From the NCBI RefSeq assembly GCF_009914755.1, contig NC_060927.1: a DNA stretch of 64,000 nucleotides, one strand, 5' to 3'. Below, piece after piece: positions 51,512 through 64,000 of this stretch (positions within the stretch are counted from its first letter, which is position 1; every line of letters begins with the position of its first letter). The notes under the pieces are model-generated. The model ran no database searches. It was given only the letters and a program-made list of their open reading frames with translations, and was not told the origin of the DNA. Source of the DNA: the human T2T-CHM13v2.0 reference genome, Homo sapiens. Made by a program: the position numbers and the translations under genes.

Positions 51512-53787
51512 TGTGTTAGTCTGTTTTCACCCTGCTGATAAAGACATACCTGAGACTGGGAAGAAAAAGAGGTTTAGACTTACAGTTCCACATAGCTGAG
51601 GAGGCCTCAGAATCATGGCAGGAGGCAAATGGCACTTCTTACATGGTGGCAGCAAGAGAAAATGATGAAAAAGCAAAAGTGGAAACCACTGATAAACCCG
51701 TCAGATCTCATGAGACTTATTCACTATCACAAGAATAGCATGGGAAAGACCACTCTCTATGATTCATACCTCCCCCAAGTGCCTCCCACAATATGGGGGA
51801 ATTCTGTTGATGCAATTCAAGTTGAGATTTGGGTGAGGACACAACCAAACCATGTCATTCCACCCCTAACCCCTCCAAATCACATGTCCTCACATTTGAA
51901 AACCAATCGTGCCTTCTCAAGAGTCCCCCCAAAGTCTTAACTCATTTAAGCATTAACCCAAAAGTCCACAGTCCAAAGTCTCATCTGAGACAAGGCAAGT
52001 CCCTTCTACCTATGAGCCTGTAAAATCAAAAGTAAGCTAGTTACTTAATAGATACAATGAAAGTACAGATATTGGGTAAAAATACAGCCATTCCAAATGG
52101 GAGAGATTAGCCAAAACAAAGGGGTTACAGTGTCCATGCAAGTCTGAAATGAAGTGGGGCAGTCAAATTTTAAAGCTCCAAAATTATCTCCTTTGACTCC
52201 ATGTCTCACATCCAGGCCATGCTGATGCAAGAGGTGGGTTCCCATGGTCTTGGGCAGCTCTACCCTTTTGGCTTTGCAGGATACACGCTCCCTCCCAGTG
52301 GCTTTTATGGGCTGGCATTGAGTGTCTGTGGTTTTTCTAGGCCCAGGGTGCAAGCTGTTGGTGGATCTACCATTCTGGGGCCTGGAGGACAGTGGCCCTC
52401 TTCTCACAGCTCCACTACACAGTGCTCCAGTAGACACTCTGTGTGCAGGCTTTGACCCTATATTTCCCTTCTCCACTGCCCTAGCAGAAATTCTCCATTA
52501 GGGCCCCATCCCTGTAGCAAACTTTTGCCTGGACATCCAGGCATTTCCATACATGTTCTGAAATCTAGGTGGAGGTTCCCAAACCTCAATTCTTGACTAC
52601 TGTGCACATGCAGGCTCAACACCTCATGGAAGCTGCCAAGGCTTGGGACATCCACTATCTGAAGCCACAGCCCAAGCTGTATGTTGGTTCCTTCCAGCCT
52701 AGCCTGGAATGGCTGGGACACAGGACACCAAGTCCCTAGGCTGCACACAAAATGGGGACCCTGGGCCTGGTTCATGAAACCAAATTTTCCTCATGGACCT
52801 CCAGTCCTGTGATAGGAGGGGCTACTGTGGAGGTCTCTGACATGGCCTGGAGACATTTTCCCCCATGATCTTGGGGATTGATATTAGGCCCCTTGCTACT
52901 TATGCAAGTTTCTGCACCTGGCTTAAATTTCTCCCCAGAAAATGGGTTTTTCTTTTCTATCGCATAGTCAGACTGCAAATTTTCCAAACTTTTATGCTCT
53001 GCTTCCCTTATAAAACTGAATGCCTTTAAAAACACTTGTCACCTCTCGAATGCTTCCTTGCTTAGAAATTTCTTCCACCAGATACCCTAAATCATCTCTC
53101 TCAAGTTCAAAGTTCCACAAACCTCTAGGGCAGAGGCAAAATGCTGCCAGTCTCTTGCTAACACATAACAAGAGTCACCTTTTCTCCAGTTCCTAACAAG
53201 TTCCTCATCTCCATCTGAGACCACCTCAGCCTGGACCTTATGTTCATAATGCTATCAGCATTTTTGTCAAAGCCATTCAACAAGTCTCTAGGAGGTCGCA
53301 AACTTTCCCATGTTTTCCTGTCTTCTGAGCCCTCCAAACTGTTCCAATCTCTTCCTGTTACCTACTTCCAAAGTCCCTTCCATATTTTCAGGTATCTTTT
53401 CAGCAATGCTCTGTTCTATTGGTACCAATTTACTGTATTCATCCATTTTCATGCTGCTGATAAAGACATGCCCAAGACTGGGAGGAAAAAGATGTTTAAT
53501 TGAACTTACAGTTCCACATGGGTGGAGAGGCCTCAGAATCATGGCGGGAGGTGAAAGGCACTTCTTACATGTCAGCGGCAAGAAAAAAATGAGAGAGAAG
53601 CCAAAGTGGAAACCCCTGATAAACACATCAGATCTCCTTAGATTTATTCACTATCACGAGAATAGCACAGGAAAGACAGGCCCCATGATTCAATTACCTT
53701 CCCCTGGGTCCCTTCCACAACATGTGGGAATTCTGGGAGATACAATTCAAATTGAGATTTGGGTGGGGACACAGCCAAACCATATCA
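51512..53787 (-). mobile_element. Full-length THE1A-like provirus: 3'LTR 51512-51857, internal 51858-53433, 5'LTR 53434-53787
   Basis: Two direct LTRs; ttggtaccaatttac at the int/LTR junction; perfect TSD gttgg at 51507-51511 and 53788-53792. Confidence 0.93.
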
Positions 53788-54217
53788 GTTGGAATAATAA
53801 AACATTATTGTTTAGATTAAAAAGAATCTTTGCACATGACTATGACTCATTGTTTTCTTCATTGGAATTCATTGGTGTCAACTCTTAAAAATGCTGAGCA
53901 AATTATTTTCTGTTACTTCTTAGTTAAGACCTTGGGCCATGCTGTTTCAAGAGGTTGTGTTAAGCAATGTGGGCAGAATAAGTCATCAATTATAGAGCTA
54001 ATCACAAGAGTTCAGGGTTCTGGTCAAGCTTTTTGATTCTACTTTGATAGACATTTTTAAAGAGTAAAGGAAATATCTGATACCAAAATATGTCATGTCA
54101 AATTACATTCATAATTGATTGGAAGATGTTTTTATTTATGCAAATTAGATATGTCTTTCATTTCAAGACCTTCGAATCACCATTGTGAGTACTGCCATTC
54201 AGAAAGAAAGAGGCTAA

Positions 54218-54969
54218 TGATGACAGTGACCACTCCAGACAGCCTGACGCTGCCATCCCGCAGGCTGTAGCAGGGAGGTACAGCTGGGGCTGCATGTTGT
54301 GTGCAGCTGGCAGAAGCAAGGGAGAAGTGGGAGCCCCGCCCTTTCTTAGTTCGGGCAGGAACTCCCCAATTGCTGCTGCAGCAACACGGCTGCACACCTG
54401 GGCCTCCCACTCCATGGAGAAGGCAGGAACCACCCTCATTCCCTGAACAGCTGCAGCTGCCCAAACTGAAACTGAGGCTACAGACTCAGGCATCACTGCA
54501 TACTTGGGGGCCCGGGAATGCCCCCCTGCCCCTGCAGGCTTGGAAGTGCCTGCCCCCACTGCCTGGCTTCTCCCTGATGTTGGTGCCCTCTCCAATCTCA
54601 GAGCAGTCGGGGTCAAGCCTGGGTGCCATAAATAGCAGCAGAAGTCAGACAGGCCCCTGGGTGAAGGGGCAGGTCCCTGGTGAGGCCACACCTTCAGGAC
54701 AGGGAGAGCCTCAAAACTGGGGACCAGGCTGCCTGTCCCACAGACTGAAGTGGGGATTTGTGGTACCTTTTCTGGGCTGCCTGTGGCCACCCATGGACCA
54801 ACTGGCATGCACTTCCTCCCCTCTGAGGCTCACAAAAGCCCTCCCCTCTGTCTTAGCCAGAGCAGAAGAGAAGATGGAGAGATGATAAGAGGACCAGTTG
54901 CAGAGAGAAACTACCCTCTCTGCTGAGAGCTGAGCATTTGTCAGGGGATGACCTGCCTGCAGAGAGGAG
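54218..54969 (+). mobile_element. MER52-family LTR (ERV1), 3'-truncated, GC-rich
   Basis: tgatgacagtgacc...gcagggaggtacagctggggctgca; ccatggaccaactggcatgcacttcctcccctctgagg; ctaccctctctgctgagagctg. Confidence 0.8.
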
Positions 54970-55543
54970 TTGATAACTGAAAACAGTTTAGAGCACTGTA
55001 ATACAATTAGTGTCCTATATTAAAGTAATGCTTTAACAAATCTAAAATATATGGCATTGAATTAACAGTTCAGAAGTTGAAATCAAGGGAATAAATATGG
55101 CAAATTGGGAAATGGAGATCTATGTTATCTTGTGGCAAAAATTTGGTGAACTCTCACCTGTTATAGCTTGAACAACAGACTGTGGGCTCACTACTCCTGT
55201 ATCTCTAGGGTAGGGAGTTGTAAAATGCTACAGTATCAATTTTTATTTACAGTTGCTTGCTGCCTTTAGCAACTTTTTACAAAAAAAAATGAGATCAGGA
55301 AAAAAATGGCTGATTTTAAAGTAGAGATAAAGGGACCCACAGTATTTGAGAAGCCAAGTGCTTCTGGATTATAAACAGTGGGAGGTAGGACTAAAATAGG
55401 CTTAGAAAGACAAAGGTTCAAGACTTCTCATTAAGAAAAACTCATCCTTAATGTAAAAAACAGATTAATACTGTTGCTTTTTAACAAGAATATTGCTTTG
55501 GATGGCCTCACATAGCCCATAGTAAATTAAGTATGTAGGGGAA

Positions 55544-55891
55544 TTTCTTAGTCCATTTGGTCTACTATAAGAAAATATCATAAACTGGATAGAGCCAAAA
55601 GGCCAAAAGGTCTAGAGGCTAAGACTCCCAAGATCCAAACTCAGGCAGATTTGATTTCTGTTTAGGACCCACATTTAAGATGATTGCTTTTTCCTGTATC
55701 CTTCACATGGTAGAAGAGACTAATCAGCTCTCTGGAGCCTTTTCTATAAGGGCACTAATCTAATTCATGACTGCTATGCACTTGTGATCCAATCACTGCC
55801 TAAAAGCACAACCTCCTAATATCATCACATTGGTGATTAGGTTTCAACATAAGAATTATAGGGGAACACAAACATTCAGAACATATCAGCA
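55544..55891 (-). mobile_element. MLT1A/A0 solo LTR
   Basis: tcttagtccatttggtctactataagaaaatatcataaactgg ... tataagggcactaatc ... ggggaacacaaacattcaga. Confidence 0.8.
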
Positions 55892-56412
55892 AATAAAGCA
55901 TATTTAAGAATTACGTAGCAAAGAATTTGGGTGGTGGTTATTGACACAAGAAATGTTTTCAAGCCAAATATTGTATTCATGATTCCAAGAATTTTTTAAT
56001 AATCTGGAAGTTAAATGGAATATTGTTAAAACTCTCTGAAAGTTTTTTGTTACTTTGTTTGTTTTTTAGTTTGAGATAGAGGGAAGGTGGTGAAAAAATA
56101 CTTTTGAAGTGAAATAAGTAGTCTAGCTGTAATTAAATGTGATCAGTTTATGAATCTAGCACCAATGGCTTTTGATAATTTTTTAGATTTCTTTTTCAGT
56201 GTTCCTGATAACCTAGGTGATAATATTATGTGGAAAATTTTGCCATTAATGACTGAATAGAGAAGTATAAAAGTTGGACTGCATGAATCTGAAGGCAGAT
56301 TCTGGAAACTTTATCCTATTTGTGTGCTTATATTCTTTCTTTCTACATGTACACAGGAATTAACAATGACAATGATTCTTAAAGCTTTGTACATGCACTG
56401 CTGCATAATTAT

Positions 56413-57062
56413 TGGTACAGGAGCTAGAAAGAAATTATTTAGGCAGATAGTGAGGGTGAGAGAGTCCTCAGTAAGGTTCCCTTACTGAGGGCTGTTTATA
56501 AAAAACAGCTACAACATCATTTCTAATATAAAGTAGCCTGAAAAAATCAAGCTGCAAGCATAGATAAGCAAGCTAAATGCTTTCGTAGGTAAATGCTGAC
56601 AGCTGTGCCAATAGAAAAGGCTACTTGAAGGCCAGGCATGTTCAACATGGCGGCTCCATCTTCCCTTTTCTTTGTCAACCACGTGTATAGTAAGGAACAG
56701 GCAACATGGCACCAGGCAAGTAGAAAACTTATCTGCATAATAAAATATTAAGGTTGGATAGCCAGCTTCTTTGCCTGCTATACAAACGTCACACCTACTC
56801 CAACCAACCTCTCATGCTCTATGTAAATCAGACACCACCTCCTCAAGTTCATCTATAAAACCCCGATCATTTCACCACAGAACTGAAAGATCCACTCCAG
56901 ACCACCTCTCTCTCTGCAAGAGAGAGATCTAGTCTCCTTTCTCTTTCTTCTGCCTATTAAACATTTGCTCTTAAACTCACTTCTTGTGTTTCCATGTCCT
57001 TGGCTTCCCTGGTGTAAGACAACAAACTTCGGGTATTTACCCCAGACAACAACGCTATTTCA
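56413..57062 (+). mobile_element. LTR9/MER61-family solo LTR (ERV1)
   Basis: tggtacaggagctagaaagaaattatttaggcagatagtgaggg ... gcctattaaa ... gggtatttaccccagacaac..tttca. Confidence 0.8.
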
Positions 57063-57069
57063 GTGTCCC

Positions 57070-57209
57070 TTAAGCCTTATTAGAAATGCAAATCCTCAAG
57101 CGCCACCCAGACCTACTGAATCAGAAACTGTGAAGGTAGAACCCAGCAATCTATATTCTAGCAAGCTCTCCAGGTAATTCCGATACACAGTGAAATTTGA
57201 GAAACACTG
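57070..57209. mobile_element. MER5A (hAT-Charlie) remnant
   Basis: ttagaaatgcaaatcctc...cccagacctactgaatcagaaact...tttgagaaacactg. Confidence 0.85.
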
Positions 57210-57629
57210 ACCTAAGATTAAATATCTATGCCTATAACTAAATATTCTATTTTAATGCATATCAAATAAGCATTTATGTTGATAAATGGTGGCATAGTGG
57301 CACATAAAATACTGATTCAACCTACAAAGAAAGGTATAGATTTGAGGATATGTGGTAGTGAAGAAGTGTAAATGGTTTATCAGAAATTGTATTACTAAAG
57401 ATATAATGAGTCTGGTCTCAGAAAGCTTTGAAATTTGTGAAACAGGCAATAAACCTTGAGTCACAAACTTACAACAGCAGAAAGCAGGGCTGTTAAAGAT
57501 GTACACTGCTCATGGAGGACATACTTGCCATAATCCTATATAGTTGTGGCCATGGAAGATAATCGATAAGAAAGACCTTTCCATTGGATAGAGCCAAAGG
57601 AGTCTTTGTAGTGCTTATTCAATAGCTGT

Positions 57630-57792
57630 AAGAGATTTAAAATACCTCCAACACAAAGAAGAAATAATACATGTTCAAGGTGATATTCTAAATACACTGA
57701 TTTAATCATTGCACTTTGTATGAATGTATCAAAATATCACATGTAACCCATTAATACGTACAATTATTATGTACCAATAATTTTTTAAAAAA
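57630..57792 (+). mobile_element. L1MA-type 3' end fragment
   Basis: ccaacacaaagaa...gtatcaaaatatcacatgtaaccc...tacaattattatgtaccaat. Confidence 0.75.
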
Positions 57793-58049
57793 GAATTCTA
57801 TAACTCTTATAGAACAATAAATGCACTGTTTTTCTATTTTTTGTGTGCAAGTGTACTTGGACAAATGAGAGATATTTATTCATTTATGAATTTATAATTG
57901 TTGTACTACAGAAATCTGCCTATAGACCATAGATGTTGAACTTGGAGTTTGATGTAATAAATAAATGGAAATTTATGTTGCCATGTTTTGGGAAGGACTG
58001 AATTAATTCTAAGAATAAAGACAAGAGTGACGTGTATCTGAAGATCAGA

Positions 58050-58500
58050 TTGTTATAGAAAGTGAGAACTGGCCTTTAAATTTATTCTTCCATTTCACTT
58101 TGAAAAAATAACTTGACTATCTTCACACTCTTTTGCATTTAGATGTTGCCATGTGGCTGAGTTCTAGCCAATGAAACTTGAACAAAGTATTTTTGCCGCT
58201 TTCAGACCTGCCTCTAAAACTTGTGCTCCACCATTACCCCTTGCTCAGGTGGCATCAGCATTGATAATTCTTAGTGTTATTTTGGAAGCCACATACTGAA
58301 GACTACAGAGCCTGCAGTAGCCTAGTACTTGAATAACTTCACAGAAAAGAACACATACATCACAACCAGTTGCCAACCCCAACCCCCACCCCATCTCAAG
58401 ATCTGCATCTACTTGGACTGCTATGAACAACCAATGCATGTAAATTGTGTTAACTTATAATATTTGAGGCTGCTTAGAAAATCTCTTTAGCTTACTAACA
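58050..58500 (+). mobile_element. Old MLT1 (I/J-like) LTR
   Basis: ttagatgttgccatgtggctgagttctagccaatg; ggaagccacatactgaaga. Confidence 0.55.
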
Positions 58501-58731
58501 ATAATAAAGCCTAAATATAATAATATATTCAATAATACAACAGTACATGACTGAACTCAGAACCTCAGAAAATAATTTATAATTCGACTACACCATGCTG
58601 CTGGTAATAACTTTCAAAAAGTAAAATCTCTAACACAAATTTATTATTGACATGAACTTTTCTCTATAATTACATTTATCCCCAATATGAATGTATATTT
58701 CTAGCTTTCTTTTCAACTCAAAGAAATACTA

Positions 58732-59100
<369 letters not shown>

Positions 59101-61063
59101 GAAAACCCTTTACTTACAGGTTAGATCAGATGACTGAAGAATTGTATTGGTGAGGCTTATGTCCAGACTCAATTTATATGAGGACAGAAGCTTCTTAATA
59201 ATCGCATGCTGTACAAAGAATTTTAGTAGTTTATACACTTATATCACTAGATTAAAATGCATATAGAATCCTAGATTTAGGTCTTGTTTAAACAAGTTGG
59301 AAATTTGTTCAACTAACCAGGTGCTTTTAGGGAACTCCAGATTTTTTTTTCTGATCTTTTTTCTAATCCCTAAAAGAGGAGGTTAGATTCATGATCAAGC
59401 TTTTAGGAACTTCTATAACATATGAGATAAACATCTCCTGTGCCACTCAATATGTCGCACCTCTTATCATATGCATTTGTGCAGTTTTACTATTTATTCA
59501 AAATTCAAAAACAGAAGTGCTTGTACCCGTTTTATCTTCATATTTGCTGCAGCTTTCATTTTGGTATCTTATACAGTTGCTCATGAATATTTGTACAATG
59601 AATGAGTGGCACTTTCTGATGTCAAATTCTTTGCCAGAATTCTGAAGAGTAGCATAGATAAATCAATGTGGATAGCAGCACGGGTCTATACATTCTACTT
59701 TAAGGTTATAACAAATGATGGGTAATGATCAGTTGCTTCGAGAAACATATATTTTATCTAGAACAGGCCAGGGCAACTCACCTAGGCTTTCTATTCTTGT
59801 ATGGGCTGTTTTAGATGTACTTTCTCACTTACATCCTTTTAATACCTACTTTTTAAGAGGACCATTTATTTGACAAAAGGAAAATGAATAAATGTTTTGT
59901 GTACATTTTTACACTGAACAAATATTCTAGAAATAAGTTTCAATACAAATTGAAATATCCTTTTAAAAAAGTTCTTTACTATTTACTCATTGACAAAATA
60001 AAGAACATATTATTTCTAGCCTAGATAAATTAATAAATTTTCCCAATTAAACTTGTTTTTTATGAAGTAGGGTGAGGATATTTCTAATTACATTTCAGCA
60101 GCTTACATAATTCAAACCTGAAATCAGCAGCTTACATAATTCAAAGAAAGCAGGAAATGATGAAAATAATAGTTAACATGAATTAAACACATCCCAGAGA
60201 CCCTTACACAATTAAGCATTATAGGATGGGAGAAAGGTAGAGATGTTGCAGAGCTAAGGATAAATATGGAATACTATTTATTCCAATTACAGTAACTTTC
60301 CCACTGGAAATACTGTCAATGTTGAGCTAGAGGGCTTCATAGCAGACGCTAACTTTAGGTTCATTTAGCATAACCTCTCTCATTTGGGGTCCTTGTATTC
60401 AGAATTCCAACCTGAAATTCTATTTACTAATGAAGACAGGGCTAATACTACTTAAATTCAAAAGTGGTGACAAAGCCAGAAGAAGGAAGAAAATTAACAG
60501 CTTAATTAAGAAAAAAACTACATTGTTATATTTCAACATGTTAGAGAAATTAGTCACACCTGTAATTCATTTGTACAGCAATATATTCATCACATAATCA
60601 ATTGCTAAACTGGAAATTAACAAGTGGGTTTTTTAACTCATTTGGCTCCTTTCTGGAAAATAAATTAATACAACAAGGTCCTAAATGGTTCTGTTATTTG
60701 TTTGTTCTTATTATTGTTTTATAGTAGTCATATAAATGCTTACATTGTTGCAAATAAAACCCACCTGTATTCAAGTAACCATTTGGGTTTAAGTTTTGAA
60801 TGGGTTTAACTTAACTATTATAAACAGATGGTTATCGTTCTTTACCAAACTAGTTTACAGTCAGAAGCTGTGATGGGAAATATAATAGATTATGTAGTTA
60901 AGAGACCTTGGTTCAAATCTAGCTTAATACCTGACTGTATGCAACTTTATGCAAGTTACTTCATCTGAAACTTGAAAATGCTCTATTCTGTTGTCATAAT
61001 GGAGAAAATACATGTTTAGTGCCAAATGTAAAAACTTAGAGTGAGCACTTAACAAATACTATT

Positions 61064-61268
<205 letters not shown>

Positions 61269-61364
61269 TTATGTTTTTAAAAGTTAAAAGTAAAGTTTAC
61301 ATTTCTTTGTCAATGAGCCTTGTCTCTTTATGAAGTTATGGTAAACATTCTGATTTTATTTAAA

Positions 61365-61770
61365 TTACTTGGGTTTTGCAAATTCTGTTCCCAAAAAAGT
61401 AGACTTTGAGACAGAGATTGACATGCAATAAGATTTATTAGGAAGCTCTTCAGATTAATAACTTTGGAAAAAAGAGAAGAAATCAGGATTGGACAGAAGA
61501 ATACATTGGGCTTCAGTAACTCAACCCATGGGGAGCTCTAAAACTAGCACAGACCTTCAAAGTTGGTCTGCATGATGGTAAAGAGTCTGATGACACCAGG
61601 TGAAAGTTGCCCCTGGGATGTAGGCACAACTTGAGTGAAGCAGTTACGTTAAGCCTAGAGAAAGTTCCAGAAAAAGTAATAAACTGACAGCATTCCCAGC
61701 AGCTAGGGGAATAAATCCTATAATCTTAAAGGGGGACTTGGATGATGCATAACAGAAAGGTACATCACAG
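61365..61770. mobile_element. Old ERVL LTR (LTR16/LTR33-like)
   Basis: agtagactttgagacagagatt..catgcaataagatttattagga; ctgacagcattcccagcagctagggga. Confidence 0.5.
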
Positions 61771-61794
61771 TGATTAAAAATCAGACATCCAAAG

Positions 61795-63920
61795 TATCCC
61801 TGCTTGCAAACAATTCTACATCTAGAAAACCCCATAGTCTCTGCCCAAAAACTCCTTGATCTGATAAACATTGTCAGCAAAATTGCAGGATACAAAATTT
61901 ATGTGCAAATCAACTAGCATTCCTATACACCAACAACATTCAAGGTGAGAACCAAATCAAGAATGCAATCCCATTCACAATAGCCACGAAAAGAATAAAA
62001 TACCCAGGCATACAGCTAATTAAAGAGGTAAAATATCTCTAGAATGAGAATTATAGAACACTTCTTAAAGTAATTGGAGATGACATGAACAAATGAAAAA
62101 AACATTCCATTTTCATGGATTGCTATTCCTATCAAACTACCAATGATGTTCTTCACAAAACTAAAATCAACAACAGCAACAAAAAAAAAAAACTACTGTA
62201 GAATTCATATGGAACCAAAAAAGGGCCTGAACAGCCAAGGAAATCTTAAGAAAAAAGAACAATCCTGAAGGCATCTCATTACCCAACTTCAAGCTATACT
62301 ACAAGGCTATGGTAACCAACAGAGCATAGTGCAGGTACAAAAGCAGACACACAGACCAATGTAACAGAAGAGAGATCTCAGAAATAATGCTGCACACCTA
62401 CAACCAATTGATCTTTGCCAAAACTGACAAAATTTGCAACAGCAAATGAAGTCCCTATTCAATAAATCTACAAAATTCAACTCAAGATGGATTAAAGACT
62501 GAAATATAAAACCTAAAAACCTTTAAAAACTCTGGAAGGTAATACTATTCTGGACATAAGACCTGGCAAAGATTTCATGATGAAGATGCCAAAAGAAATT
62601 GCAACAAAAACAAATATTGACAAATAGAGCTAAAGAGCTCTGCAGAGCAAAAGGAACTATCAACAGAGTAAACAGACAACCTACAGAATTAGAGAAAGTA
62701 TTTGTAAAGTATACATCTGAAAAATGTCTAATATATAGCATCTACAAGGAACTTAAATTTACAATCAAAAACAAACAACCTCATTAAAAAGTGGGCAAAG
62801 TACAAAAACAGATACTTTTAGAAAGAAGACATACATGTGGTCAAAAAGCATATGAAAAATGTTTAGCATCAGTAATCATTAGAGAAATGCAAATTAAAAC
62901 CACAATGAAATGCAAGTCAGATAGGCTATGATTAAAATGTTAAAGAATGGCTGGGCATGGTGGCTTATGCCTGTAATCTCAGCACTTTGGGAGGCCTAGG
63001 CAGTTGGATCATGAGGTCAGGAGATCAAGACCATCCTATCCAACATGGTGAAACCCTATCTCTACTAAAATACAAAAATTTAGCTGGGCATGGTGGCACG
63101 CACTTGTAGTCCCAGCTACTTGGAGGCTGAGGCAGAGCAATTGCTTAAACCCAGGAGGCAGAGGTTGCAGTGAGCCAAGATAACGCCACTGAACTCCAGC
63201 CTGGTGACAGAGCGAAATAAATAAATAAATAATAATAAATAAATGTTAAAGAATAACAGATGCTGGTAAGGTTGTAGAATAAAGGGAAGGCTTATACACT
63301 GCTGGTGGGAATGTAAATTAATTCAGCCATTGTGGAAAGCAGTTTTGTGATTTCTCAAAGAACTTAAAACAGAATTACCATTTGACCCAGCAATTTCATT
63401 ATTGGATACAGACCCAAAGGAATACAAATCATTCTACCATGAAGACATATGAACATGTATGTTCATCATAGCACTATTCACAATAGCAAAGACATGAAAT
63501 CAATCTAAATGTCCATCAATGGTAGACTGGCTTAAAACAATTGTAGTACATATACACAATGAAATACTATACAGCCATAAAAAATAATGAGGTCATGTTC
63601 TTTGCAGCAACATGGATGAAGCTGGAGGCCATTATCCTAAGAAAACTAACAAAGGAACAAAAAACCAAATACTGCATGTTCTCATTTATAAGTAGGAGAT
63701 AAACTTTGAGTACATATGGACACAAAGAAGGGAACAACAGACACTAGATTCTACTGTAGGGTAGAAGGTTGGAGGAGGAAGACGATATAAAAACTACCTA
63801 TCAGGTACTATACTTATTACCTGAGTGACAAAATAATCTTTACACTAAACCCCTGATACATGCAATTTACCTATATAACAAACCTTTCACATGTAATCCT
63901 AAATCAAATTTTAAAAAATA
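61795..63920 (+). mobile_element. 5'-truncated L1PA15/16-type element with internal deletions and a nested Alu
   Basis: ctagaaaaccccatagtctctgcccaaaa; 3'UTR aaaactacctatcaggtactat...atgcaatttacctatataacaaacct. Confidence 0.9.
62949..63240 (+). mobile_element. AluSc-like, nested in L1
   Basis: ggatcatgagg, gcctggtgacag; (TAAA)n tail; perfect TSD aaatgttaaagaat at 62935-62948 and 63241-63254. Confidence 0.93.
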
Positions 63921-64000
63921 AGACATCCAGTGTCAAAATATTTAAATAATGATTCTGATGTTTATGATATACATGACCTTAAACAAATTAACTATATCTA

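Noticed and set aside
52045-53888. ORFs of 87-192 aa in THE1A (also 5516..5944 in THE1C)
   Set aside because: Typical read-throughs of MaLR internal and LTR sequence.
54158-54885. 216-aa (-) and 194-aa (+) overlapping ORFs
   Set aside because: They lie within a GC-rich MER52-type LTR where stops are rare; no recognisable domain.

Overview
AT-rich, CpG-poor primate genomic DNA (human-like), intergenic or deep intronic. I find no supportable protein-coding gene, RNA gene, CpG island or CRISPR array. Roughly half or more of the window is recognisable interspersed repeats: a Tigger4/Zombi transposase relic, many L1 pieces (L1M to L1PA2-like), nine Alus, L2/MIR relics, MaLR elements (two complete THE1 proviruses, MLT1A, MST, MLT1), a minus-strand MER57 ERV1 provirus with env remnant, an MLT2A/HERVL 5' part, and solo LTRs (LTR1, MER52, LTR9-like). 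Nearly all listed ORFs are read-throughs of these repeats. I see no evidence for a new biological system. The best leads are retrotransposition and rearrangement signatures (candidate L1 3' transduction, young twin-primed L1, poly(A)-sealed LTR12 junction), a 207-codon ORF in register with L2 EN/RT motifs, DUX4-type motifs in LTRs, and a few unexplained duplications. Repeat family names come from recalled consensus motifs, not a database search. Boundaries not anchored by a TSD or terminus are approximate.
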